In this document: piece after piece, positions 1-9,485 of the stretch | Layout of the letters: each line of letters opens with the position of its first letter | Position numbering within the stretch: the stretch's first letter is position 1 | Origin: Chitinivibrionales bacterium | Lineage (GTDB): Bacteria > Fibrobacterota > Chitinivibrionia > Chitinivibrionales > WJKA01 | Length of the DNA stretch: 64,000 nt | Direction of reading: 5' to 3' | Assembly (NCBI GenBank): GCA_038247415.1 | Contig: JBBRUX010000011.1 | Location: 10-64,009 of the forward strand | Made by a program: the position numbers and the translations under genes | Notes under the pieces: model-generated | The model's database searches: none | The model's input: the letters and a program-made list of their open reading frames with translations, nothing else | Told to the model about the DNA's origin: nothing

Positions 1-334
1 GCTGCAACAATTCGCATTTGGTATTTTCCTGGACTTGCTGATGAAATTGGAATACATAGCTTGCCATTCGCATAGCCATGAAACGATCAACCGTTGATTG
101 GAATTCGATCAAAAGATAAATATAGGTAGACCGTCCCTCTGATTTAATCTCATATATCACATCAGATTCACGGTTCTTGAATTCTTGAGATACAAAACTC
201 GCATTGAGCTTCTTAATCGACGAAAAATCAAGGCCTTGCACGAATCGTTCTTTTACAAACGAAGTGAGGAGGTCTTCAACGACAGAAGGATTGCTGAAGA
301 GCGTTTTATACCAAGTATCGTGAATTTTAACCAT
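1..334 (-). CDS. Rpn (YhgA-like) recombination-promoting nuclease/putative transposase, N-terminal part (runs off window start)
   Basis: Hand translation from ATG at 334 gives MVKIHDTWYKTLFSNPSVVEDLL...LDFSSIKKLNASFVS...RESDVIYEI...YIYLLIEFQSTVDRFMAMRM, typical of the Rpn family. Not in the supplied ORF track. Confidence 0.85.
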   Translation of the reverse strand, partial: MVKIHDTWYKTLFSNPSVVEDLLTSFVKERFVQGLDFSSIKKLNASFVSQEFKNRESDVIYEIKSEGRSTYIYLLIEFQSTVDRFMAMRMASYVFQFHQQVQENTKCELLQ

Positions 335-439
335 ACTTTAAAAATACACTAAACGGGGAGTTGATAGCAAAATCAAGAAAATTCTATGGCAAGTCCAATA
401 AGTTATTTGTGCAGCAGATTGAATAAATATGGAGTTGAA

Positions 440-658
440 TTGAGAAAATCAATTTTGATTAAAAAAGCATTTCTTGGAGCCATTCTGTGCATCGGTTCCT
501 TTTCATCTGCTTTTGCTGCCGAAGTATTTATGACTGAAAAAGTGTTTTGCGTTAATGCAAGATCATCAGGGGTTGCTGCATGTTTTACTGAAGTTTCGAA
601 TGTGACAGCACCTTATGGGATTGACAAAAGTTACCGTCAACATCAGTGGTTTGGTTAA
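440..658 (+). pseudogene. N-terminal fragment of a secreted protein (signal peptide), apparently truncated
   Basis: GGAG at 431 then TTG at 440. RKSILIKKAFLGAILCIGSFSSAFA-AE looks like a Sec signal peptide. The ORF ends shortly after, overlapping the next gene. Confidence 0.35.
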
Positions 659-809
659 ATCGCAGACACCATACGTGGTGGCACAAATACTATTTGGTCC
701 GGAAAATGTCGAACCTATTCTTGGTCTAGTAGCCTTGGAAAACACGGGAATAGGTGTTGATCCCAGGACGAAAAAACTCCTGAAAATGACAGCGAAAGCC
801 TTGAAATGA
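615..809 (+). pseudogene. Clan AA (retropepsin-like) aspartic protease remnant with internal deletion
   Basis: N-terminus MGLTKVTV and C-terminus VAQILFGPENVEPILGLVALENTGIGVDP match the family. The central part with the LVDTGA catalytic motif is missing (junction ~675). Confidence 0.65.
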
Positions 810-1124
810 TACTGATGGTAATCTTTGAAAGTGGCCAATAAGCCGCTTATGCGGACACGCGTACAAGGAACGCGCAAAGCCTCGCGAGATTACTTGGAAG
901 TTCGTAAACAAATCACATGCTGCACATTCGAGAATTGTCCTACATCTTTAGTTCCCCTAAAAAGTCGCATCGCATAATTATCTTGCAGAAAAACTCCCCT
1001 TATAGGAGTATTACAACAACGTATCAATTGATCCATTTGCCCCCACAGCCTCACGGATGAGCAATAAAATTGTGGCCTAAGGTAGCAGCGTTTATGTGCG
1101 GCTCGATTTACCGAGGAAACTTGT

Positions 1125-1811
1125 ATGATCGACGATATCAATACCCTCAAAAACGATAATGCATCGCTCTTGGCTCAAATCGAACGCCTCAATCAAGAAT
1201 TAGCCGACCGAAGTGCATTTGAAGAATCACTACAGGAAAAAGAATCGTTCAATTTCGCGCTTTTCAATTATAGTCCGGCACTCACCGTTATTGTAGATAA
1301 AACTGGACGCGTTCTCCGCTCTAATCGGGCCAAACGAGAATCGGGGGATCGATTGCCCCTTATTGGCGATATCATGTATAAAGATTACGCAAATCACCAT
1401 AGCGTAGATATGTATTCCGAAATGATGGCAGCGATGGAAACACAAAAGCAAAAATCCTTTCCAGAGCTTAAATATCAAAACAAATATATTTCAATAACGA
1501 TCTCCCCTTTTCCACATGGGGCAATTATTGTATCGGAAGATATCACCCGTCGTAAAATAGCCGAAAACGACCGTATTAACCTCATTGTCGATTTAAACAA
1601 AGCTCTGGCTGAAGTTGAAACTCTCCATGGGCTTCTCCCAATTTGTGCACATTGCAAAAAAATCCGTGATGACAAAGGCCTTTGGAATAATATCGAAGAG
1701 TACATCTCTCGCCACAGTTTTGCCGATTTTAGCCACACGCTATGCCCCGGCTGCGTTCAGTTGCATTACCCAGAAGTATGGGCAAAAAAAATGCAGAAAC
1801 TCGGCAAGTAG
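1125..1811 (+). CDS. Coiled-coil + PAS-like domain protein with C-terminal Cys-motif domain
   Basis: PAS-like segment ending SEDITRRK, then LLPICAHCKKIRDDKGLW...FSHTLCPGC, a tail known from sensor/regulator proteins. Confidence 0.8.
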   Translation: MIDDINTLKNDNASLLAQIERLNQELADRSAFEESLQEKESFNFALFNYSPALTVIVDKTGRVLRSNRAKRESGDRLPLIGDIMYKDYANHHSVDMYSEMMAAMETQKQKSFPELKYQNKYISITISPFPHGAIIVSEDITRRKIAENDRINLIVDLNKALAEVETLHGLLPICAHCKKIRDDKGLWNNIEEYISRHSFADFSHTLCPGCVQLHYPEVWAKKMQKLGK

Positions 1812-1966
1812 TTCGCGTCTCCCCCGATTGTGTTAAAATCGTCACCACGATCGATAAATAAGGTATTTTATTATACGTGCTTTAAAATCTGAATGTATGC
1901 AAACATTTATGATACACAGTGTATGAAGCATTTTCCCATTCACCCTTTAATCAGCACTTCCAGGAC

Positions 1967-3007
1967 ATGTCTCAATCACTACGACACTTTCCTAATTCCC
2001 TAGTACTATTGTGGATACTCCTTGCAGGTTTAGTACGTGCGCCATCTTCGTCGACACTTTTAGATTCAGTTTCCCAGGCACTCATCAGGCAGGACTACAC
2101 AAAAGCAACAAAGGAACTGTGTGTTCCCTTGAGTTCCCTTCGCGAAAACCTCGACAAGACCTATTTATCACTCGCTATACGTCAAGCTGAAATTATGGAT
2201 TACGAATCGTATGAACTCTTTTCGCGCGAGATGATTTCCAAGTCAGATAGTATTATTACGGTGATCACCACTCAACTTCCCCGATTACGAGGCGCAGATT
2301 CCACTACGGCACTCTTTTATCTTGGCAATGCATTGGGCTGTAAAAGCATTTTTTTAGCAAAAGAATCCCAATGGATCCCCTCAATTCAATGCGCCTTATC
2401 ATCAGTCAATTATTTACACGCCGCTCAAAAACAAAATCCGTTCTGTTTTGCGGCCTACCTTGGGACAGGCATTTACAATTACTACCTTAGCGTAAACTTT
2501 AAGTGGATTCCACTCTTTGGTGATCATAGCGCAGAAGGCCTCAAAGATATCAGAACTGCAGCCAAAGCCCCAATCCCCTACGACCTAGCTGCAAAGAACT
2601 CGCTCTGCTGGATTTACATAGATAGAAAAGACTACCTTCGATCCGATTCGGTTGCAGCCGCAACACTTATTACATACCCCGATCATACTGTTTTTTTGCG
2701 TGCTCGAGCTCATTCAACCTTTTATCTGCAAAAATGGGCTCTGGCGGATTCAATTGCCTGGCGGCTTGTTACCATCTCTAAAAAGCGCACTCCGGTCAAT
2801 TGGTCCGATATGGTGAGCGGCTATTATATTGCCATTAAAACTGCCGAAGCCCGCAAGCAAAAAGGCCATCTTATCCAACTCTGTAACGAAGCACTCAACT
2901 GCGGTATTCCAGCCTCCTATGCATCACTCCCCTACGTTCATCAAAACCTCAAAGATATTCGGGAAACACTCACCCGCCATGCAGGAGCCGTGATTGAGTC
3001 CCGATAA
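1967..3007 (+). CDS. Hypothetical exported TPR-like helical protein
   Basis: Long ORF with hydrophobic N-terminus and helical AYLGTGIYNYY pattern. Start uncertain (1919 GTG or 1967 ATG). Confidence 0.65.
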   Translation: MSQSLRHFPNSLVLLWILLAGLVRAPSSSTLLDSVSQALIRQDYTKATKELCVPLSSLRENLDKTYLSLAIRQAEIMDYESYELFSREMISKSDSIITVITTQLPRLRGADSTTALFYLGNALGCKSIFLAKESQWIPSIQCALSSVNYLHAAQKQNPFCFAAYLGTGIYNYYLSVNFKWIPLFGDHSAEGLKDIRTAAKAPIPYDLAAKNSLCWIYIDRKDYLRSDSVAAATLITYPDHTVFLRARAHSTFYLQKWALADSIAWRLVTISKKRTPVNWSDMVSGYYIAIKTAEARKQKGHLIQLCNEALNCGIPASYASLPYVHQNLKDIRETLTRHAGAVIESR

Positions 3008-3017
3008 AGGAATTACT

Positions 3018-4649
3018 ATGCGTCAATTCTCTTTTTTTGCAAGCGTGCTTCTGATTATTTCGAGCAGCACCCACAGCGAATACGCTCCCAATATTCCTCT
3101 AGATGCCCATCGAGATGCAGTAATCGAGCGACTTTCGAGTAACTATTGCATTCCCCTGCCGGGAAACTTTTTTGCACAACCCATGCAAGCCAATGAATTG
3201 GCACTATTTTGTAAACAAGCAGATTCGCTTGCCTTAGTAGGAAAACTTACCGCACATGAACGTATTGAATTGCAGCGCATTGAAAGGTCGCTCGACCTAA
3301 AAAAACCTCTCTACACCTATTCCAGACCCACTAAAGACACGCGCCTACAAGCAGATCTCTTGCTCGATGGACAACTCGACATTGCCCGATTCGATAGCAA
3401 CCATATCTTTGCAAAAGGCGTCATCAAGCCGCGACTTTCTGGCAATATCCAGAAGTTTTCCTACTACTCAGGACTCGATGTCTGGTCGGACTATCAATCC
3501 GATACCCAATATGTAACATCGAGCTATCAGCCATATAAAGGCATTCCCTACAATCTTTACAATAGGGCACGTGCTTCAAACTTGCGCTCGTCCGACATCC
3601 TGAGCGCCGGCATCAATTACACTTCCCCATCGTTACTTTTAGAGATGTCTGTTGACAAATTAAAATATGGCCCTGCTGTTTTTATGCCTTTGCATTTTTC
3701 GGGAATTGCCCCTCCAATTCTCTACTTTAGAGGCATTTTAGATCTTGGCCCAGTAACCTATTATCATACCTATGGACAATTGCTTGTTGAAAAAGGCAAA
3801 GAAAAATTCCTCTATAACCACAGACTCAGCATTCCCCTCCTGCACAACAAAGCGACTTTCGGCATCAATGAATCGATCGTTTACGGAAGCACAACTGCGC
3901 TCGCGCAAACCGATTCTTTGAGAAAAGATCGCTATGGTATGACCCGTACCTGGTCGTGGATCTATATGATTCCCTTTGTCCCCTTCTGGTTTGCCCAGAA
4001 TTACATGGGGGATCAGGATAATGCAATCATGTCGTTTGATCTTTCGGTTCAAATCCCAAATAATTTCAGATGGTATGGGGAATTATTTATTGACGATATG
4101 ACCAACCCTTGGTCCTTCTACACCAACGACTGGGGCAATAAAATTGCCTATACTCTTGGCGGACGCTACTTCACAACACTGTGGGGAACAGATGCAACCA
4201 TAAGTGCCGAATATGCGCATGTAGAACCATGGGTCTACACACATTTTTTTGGAGCTAGTCACAATTTCAGCCACTTTAACAGCAACCTTGGCGCTTCCAT
4301 TGGCCCCAATGCAGACAACACAGTTTTGTCGATAGAAACATTTCCTCTTAAAGCGCTGAGCTCAGGAATCTCACTTACCTTAACGCGTAACGGTGTTGGC
4401 AGAGGATCATCGATCTATGATATATTTCAAGACACTGCGTACTCCTATCAGGATACCATCTACCGTTCTGCAAACCCCGATTCATGGAAAAAAACATTTC
4501 TCGGACAATCGCCTTTGCAAACATTCCAGGTAGCACTTTTCGGGCGATGGGACGTCGCCCCATTCATGTGGATCGACTATTCTGTTTTTGGAGAAGCAGG
4601 GACAAAAAAAGGCGGGGGTGTGTCGCTTAAAGGGCATTGGGATTTTTAG
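3018..4649 (+). CDS. Capsule assembly Wzi-family outer membrane protein
   Basis: Signal peptide; INESIVYG, DNAIMSFD, WYGELFIDD, AEYAHVEPWVYTH and LGASIGPNAD motifs; terminal Phe. RBS AAGGA before ATG 3018. Confidence 0.7.
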   Translation: MRQFSFFASVLLIISSSTHSEYAPNIPLDAHRDAVIERLSSNYCIPLPGNFFAQPMQANELALFCKQADSLALVGKLTAHERIELQRIERSLDLKKPLYTYSRPTKDTRLQADLLLDGQLDIARFDSNHIFAKGVIKPRLSGNIQKFSYYSGLDVWSDYQSDTQYVTSSYQPYKGIPYNLYNRARASNLRSSDILSAGINYTSPSLLLEMSVDKLKYGPAVFMPLHFSGIAPPILYFRGILDLGPVTYYHTYGQLLVEKGKEKFLYNHRLSIPLLHNKATFGINESIVYGSTTALAQTDSLRKDRYGMTRTWSWIYMIPFVPFWFAQNYMGDQDNAIMSFDLSVQIPNNFRWYGELFIDDMTNPWSFYTNDWGNKIAYTLGGRYFTTLWGTDATISAEYAHVEPWVYTHFFGASHNFSHFNSNLGASIGPNADNTVLSIETFPLKALSSGISLTLTRNGVGRGSSIYDIFQDTAYSYQDTIYRSANPDSWKKTFLGQSPLQTFQVALFGRWDVAPFMWIDYSVFGEAGTKKGGGVSLKGHWDF

Positions 4650-4872
4650 GGAATTAGGAAATGACCAATGCATAAATCTCAGCTCATTGAGGAGTTTGCG
4701 GATCGGAGGTCTCTTTGATGCTAAAACCTGCAAGTGCAGCCTCGACTATCACTGCGGCCTACTCCGCCATGTAAATCGGAAGTGAAACCAGCCCTGATAC
4801 GATCGATGCGTACACTTTGTCAACACATTTGATCCGTTCCTGGCATTGGAAGAAATCGAACCATTTTATTGC

Positions 4873-5442
4873 CTATGGCAGCGTGATTGCAACTCTGAGC
4901 CCTATATAGCTTTTGCCGTTGGTACTGGAAATTTCTGGGGGTAAAGATCCCCGGTTTGTGCTGTGACTACCGCCCATTATGGCGCTACACCATTCGTTTC
5001 CGCGATGCACCCGCCCAGTTCCCGTCAATGGCCCAACCGGGTTTACCTGCGGAGCGACCGTGTACAAAGCGTACCAGTCGTAGCACCACTCAGTGACATT
5101 TCCCTGCATATCATACAACCCGAATGGATTGGGCAATCTGGTTTTGACCGGATGGGTCACGTAGTGCGAGTTTTCCGATGTCCACTCGCGCTCTTGCGAA
5201 CCGGCGATGTCGTTACCCCACCAGTAACGGGTGGTTGTTCCACCGCGACAGGCATATTCCCATTCGGCTTCGGTGGGCAGTCGATACCCGTTTTTAGTCA
5301 TATCGGTTCTGAGCCCGACTATGCCGTCGCAATAGGGCCAGCCGGCAGTCATATTTGGCGTGTAAAGCATCCCTTTTAACGTGTCATACGAATAAACGGT
5401 GTCTCTTCCTTCTGTTTTGCTCAGCAACACCTCATACAGCAT
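4873..5442 (-). pseudogene. Formylglycine-generating enzyme (SUMF1/FGE-sulfatase) domain, 5'-truncated
   Basis: GYRLPTEAEWEYACRGG, PNPFGLYDMQGNVTEWCYDWY and IGLRVA are present. The N-terminal half is absent and an in-frame TAA lies at 5494-5496. GC is higher than the flanks. Confidence 0.8.
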
Positions 5443-8400
5443 TCTTGTTACCTTGCCTTCGAGCGGAATAAAAAATGTTTCAGGTATCGTGTATTATTCT
5501 CCTGGGGAACATCTTGCAACCGAGATATTTACTCTAACGATACTTGCTGTTGCCGACACCACACCCCCAGCCATAACAATAACCTCTCCCACAACAAGCG
5601 ACACACTCACCATTGCATCTTCTGTTCTTTCTCTTTCCGGAACCGCATCCGATAATATCGGCGTTTCAAAAATAGAGCTTATCAAGATTTTCGGCACAGC
5701 GCGTGATAGCGGGACAATTGCCGTAGATTCCATTACCGCAGCTACAAAAACGTCCTTTTGGCACAAAGATTCTGTATCTCTTGTAGAAGGCGCTACAACT
5801 CTTATTGTACGAGCCTACGATGCTGCAAACCTCTCTAAAGAAGATACTCTTAAGGTAACTTACACAAAACCTGCTCTTATTATTGCCACGGTTTCATTTG
5901 ATGCATCGTCAATTGCCAAAAGCGTTGGCGAAGCCGATGGCGTATGTAGCCTCAAAGTTATTCTCGATAAGCCAGTAGCCACAGCTGTTGTTGTCAAGTT
6001 TACAGCCATACCGAAAACTGCCATTAAAGATACTAATTTTTCTTTGCAATCCGATAGTGTCACCTTTGCGTCAAATAATCAAGTGGCTTACCTGCCTATA
6101 AAAATTATCGATAATTCTGTTGTCAATGCTAACAAATCATTCTCAGTAAGTATCGTATCGGTATCACCTCTTGCCTCAACGCGTATCGACACCACGCAAA
6201 AGACTTCCTCCATTACCATTAACGACAACGAAACTCTCACCGCATTTTTTAAGGACAATGCAACGTCCGTTAACGAAGCAGCCGGAATCTGTACGCTTAC
6301 CGTCAAGCTTACCATAGCTTCTATCAATACCATAAATGTTCTCTACGCTCTTGGACCAGGATCTACCGCAACACCCGACAGCGACTTTACTTGTAGGGCA
6401 GACTCGGTCAAGTTTAATCCTGGAGAAACAAGCAAAACTATTCTGATTCCTATTATCAATGATAAAATACGAGAAAATACTGAACACTTTAAAGTGATTT
6501 TAACCGCCGTGCACGGCGGAGCAGTGATTGAAAAAGCTTCCGATTCTGTTACCATCCTCGACGACGAACGCGTGTATGCACGCTTTGCAAACAAGGCCGA
6601 TAGCATTGTAGAACCTCTCTCTGGTACCGCAACCCTAAACCTGCCGGTTCGACTCTCGTGTCCTGTTGCCTATCCTGTAACAGTATCTGGCGATAATATT
6701 AAGCAAAACAAAGAATACTTTGTGCTTGGGCTTACAACTATTGTTCCCGGTGATAGCCTTGGGATCAATGATCTCGATAGTATCTCGATTCTCGACACTT
6801 CTGCACTCACCGTCTCCTGCGCCAGTGCTGCCCAGAGCGGTGCCGAAAATAAAGCTACGGGAAAAGATACCTTAACGGTAGTTCTCTCTAAAGCTGCAGC
6901 CTATCTTGTAACAGTCAATTATACCTTTACCAACGGTACTGCATTCAACAATACCCATTTTACTGCAACAAACGGCACACTCACTTTTGTTGCCGGAACA
7001 ACGAGCATGCTTGTGCCTTTCGCTATAGCTAATAACACTATAAAAGACGGCAACCGCACATTTACATTTACATTTGCACTTACCACGCCAAACGGTGCAA
7101 CCCTTGGAAGTGCTAGTTCATCCAGTTATACGATTACCAATGATGAGCAGCTTTCGTATGCCTTTGCACTTGCATCCTCAAGCGGTTCTGAGGCAAAGAG
7201 TCCCTGTTCGCTTACGGTAAATTTCTCCACAACTTCGTCAATGGATGTTACGATACCATTTACTGTTATTGCCGGAGCAACGGCATCGGGAAGCGGAGTA
7301 GATTCCGATTATGTCTCGATTACAACATCACCGCTTACTATTAATGCAGGATCTACAACAGGGTATATTATCTTTAGAGTGCCGAATGATACCGTAAACG
7401 AAGACAATGAATCTTTCACTGTTGAACTGCAACCGCCAACGAGTGGGAACGCTACAGTGGGAACTAATAAGCAACATGCGGATACGATTACTGACAATGA
7501 TCCATTAACAGTAGCATTTAAAAATACAGCTGTTACTGCTGAAGAAGGCGGCACCGCAGTTGTGAGAATAATTTCAAATAGACCTTCCGAAAAAAGTTTT
7601 TCTATAGAATATATACGTAGGAGCGGCAGCGCTACCGCCGGGCGAGACTTCACGCCTTCTTCTAGTTTAGTCAATATAACATTTTTTCCAAATGAAACAG
7701 AAAAAATTATTTCAATTCCAATTCTGTCAAATCATTTGAATACCGATACCACGTCGATAGTACTTCAACTTCAAAATCCAACGAGGGCAACTTTAGGAGC
7801 TTTATCACAGAGTACAATTAAAATTCACGATTTAGATGCTCTTCCAACAATCACATTTTCCTCATCCAATGCTAGCTTAGTAACAGAAGGAACCAATGCA
7901 TTGTTTACCCTCAGCATCAATGACTCTACTGGTAGAAATATTGAGATATGCTATTCCACAGAAACTATTGTCAATAGCGCTCTTGCCGGACAAAACTTCT
8001 CCTTTACACAAGGATCTAAATTGCTTACCGCTGGTTTCGCAGGAACCAAATCTCAATCATTTTCAGTAGCAACAATTAATGATCAATATCAAATGGAAGA
8101 CCTTATTTTCAAAGTAAGAATCGATTCAATAATTCGTATTTTAGCCTCTGAGAGAAAAAAAGATCCCACTGCAATACTCCCTCCAGCTCTGCAGGTTACG
8201 ATAGGGGATAATGACCCACTCCCCTCAAATGTAATAGCTGTTAATAGTGCAGCAACAAATGGATTAAAAAATGGTTTAAGCTGGAAAAATGCCTATACCG
8301 ATCTTCAAGAAGCTGTTAATGCTTCTACAAACGGATATCAAAAAGCGATCTGGGTTGCATCTGGTACTTATTATCCAACAAAAACTTCAACCATCGATGT

Positions 8401-9352
8401 CGCCGTATTGCTCGCCGCAAATGTTGAATTATATGGTGGTTTCAAAGGAAAAGAAAATGCATTCAGCCAACGACCTCTGTTTGATTCTCTATGGAGACAA
8501 AGTCCCTCAATTTTAGACGGCACAATTCCTGGTGGCACAAATTCGAAACATCTAATTATTGGGGCTTCAGGAAGTCTGATTGATGGATTTACTTTGCAGA
8601 AAAGCTCTAGAGGGAGTGCTGTTTTAACTTCCGAAAGTATGACAATACGTAATTGCATTATACAGGATTGCTACGCCGATTCTGGTGCTGGAATGAAATC
8701 TTCTGTTCGGTCTACTCTCGAAAATGTCGTATTTCTTAACAATGATAATAGAAGCACCCCGTTAGGCTATGGCGGCGCATTTTGGGGGAAAGGGACATTT
8801 CGCAATTGTATCTTCTTTGGAAATGGAAGCGCCGCATTGAAAAATAGTATGGGTGGCGCTATCAATAGTTGGGGATCTGTATATATTAATTGCACTTTTG
8901 CTAAAAATCAAGGCGCTGGTGGCGGAGCGATTCTTACAAATTCAGATATGAGCGACAGTATAATTAACTGTATTATTTTTGATAATGTCGCTAACATGGG
9001 CTCATCAATTAAGTTTACTGGTTTTCAACCCACCATTTACATTTGGCACTCAGTCATAGAATCTGCTAATCAAGCAATCCTTGCTGTTTCTCCTATTACA
9101 GGTGGCCCAATTCCTGCATTGAATCCGAATTCTTCATATATTTCCAATGTATTTGGTGGTGGTTTTTTTAAAAATAGTTCCGACCTATTTGGAGCTGATG
9201 GAAAACTTGGCGGCAGCGATGATGGCCTTTTGCTTGCAGAATATTCTCCTGGGCTAAATTATGGCTCAGTCACTTTCGCCCCTGCATACGATATAACCGG
9301 ACTAGTACCACGAACTGGTGCGGGTATTGATGCTGGAGCCTATGAACAATAA
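5399..9352 (+). CDS. Large surface protein: Ig-like domain, multiple Calx-beta repeats, C-terminal beta-helix (choice-of-anchor-like); apparently 5'-truncated
   Basis: Repeated GSATAGRDF...ITFFPNETEKIISIPI-type and TITDND units; NGLSWKNAYTDLQEA, IWVASGTYYP, ELYGGFKG and terminal IDAGAYE. No signal peptide at the start. Confidence 0.8.
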   Translation: MSLPSVLLSNTSYSILVTLPSSGIKNVSGIVYYSPGEHLATEIFTLTILAVADTTPPAITITSPTTSDTLTIASSVLSLSGTASDNIGVSKIELIKIFGTARDSGTIAVDSITAATKTSFWHKDSVSLVEGATTLIVRAYDAANLSKEDTLKVTYTKPALIIATVSFDASSIAKSVGEADGVCSLKVILDKPVATAVVVKFTAIPKTAIKDTNFSLQSDSVTFASNNQVAYLPIKIIDNSVVNANKSFSVSIVSVSPLASTRIDTTQKTSSITINDNETLTAFFKDNATSVNEAAGICTLTVKLTIASINTINVLYALGPGSTATPDSDFTCRADSVKFNPGETSKTILIPIINDKIRENTEHFKVILTAVHGGAVIEKASDSVTILDDERVYARFANKADSIVEPLSGTATLNLPVRLSCPVAYPVTVSGDNIKQNKEYFVLGLTTIVPGDSLGINDLDSISILDTSALTVSCASAAQSGAENKATGKDTLTVVLSKAAAYLVTVNYTFTNGTAFNNTHFTATNGTLTFVAGTTSMLVPFAIANNTIKDGNRTFTFTFALTTPNGATLGSASSSSYTITNDEQLSYAFALASSSGSEAKSPCSLTVNFSTTSSMDVTIPFTVIAGATASGSGVDSDYVSITTSPLTINAGSTTGYIIFRVPNDTVNEDNESFTVELQPPTSGNATVGTNKQHADTITDNDPLTVAFKNTAVTAEEGGTAVVRIISNRPSEKSFSIEYIRRSGSATAGRDFTPSSSLVNITFFPNETEKIISIPILSNHLNTDTTSIVLQLQNPTRATLGALSQSTIKIHDLDALPTITFSSSNASLVTEGTNALFTLSINDSTGRNIEICYSTETIVNSALAGQNFSFTQGSKLLTAGFAGTKSQSFSVATINDQYQMEDLIFKVRIDSIIRILASERKKDPTAILPPALQVTIGDNDPLPSNVIAVNSAATNGLKNGLSWKNAYTDLQEAVNASTNGYQKAIWVASGTYYPTKTSTIDVAVLLAANVELYGGFKGKENAFSQRPLFDSLWRQSPSILDGTIPGGTNSKHLIIGASGSLIDGFTLQKSSRGSAVLTSESMTIRNCIIQDCYADSGAGMKSSVRSTLENVVFLNNDNRSTPLGYGGAFWGKGTFRNCIFFGNGSAALKNSMGGAINSWGSVYINCTFAKNQGAGGGAILTNSDMSDSIINCIIFDNVANMGSSIKFTGFQPTIYIWHSVIESANQAILAVSPITGGPIPALNPNSSYISNVFGGGFFKNSSDLFGADGKLGGSDDGLLLAEYSPGLNYGSVTFAPAYDITGLVPRTGAGIDAGAYEQ

Positions 9353-9485
9353 GTAATTATTTATATGGGTTCCGCAGTGCCCAGATAGCATTAAATTAGG
9401 TATTATTTGAGGTGCTTTTATTAGAACTTTTTGATATATTTATATTAATAACGTCATTTTTTAATTCAACTAGAAACACCAATAT

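Noticed and set aside
4873-5442. FGE/CLec-fold domain as a diversity-generating retroelement target
   Set aside because: No reverse transcriptase gene and no second near-copy (template repeat) of its 3' end seen in the window.
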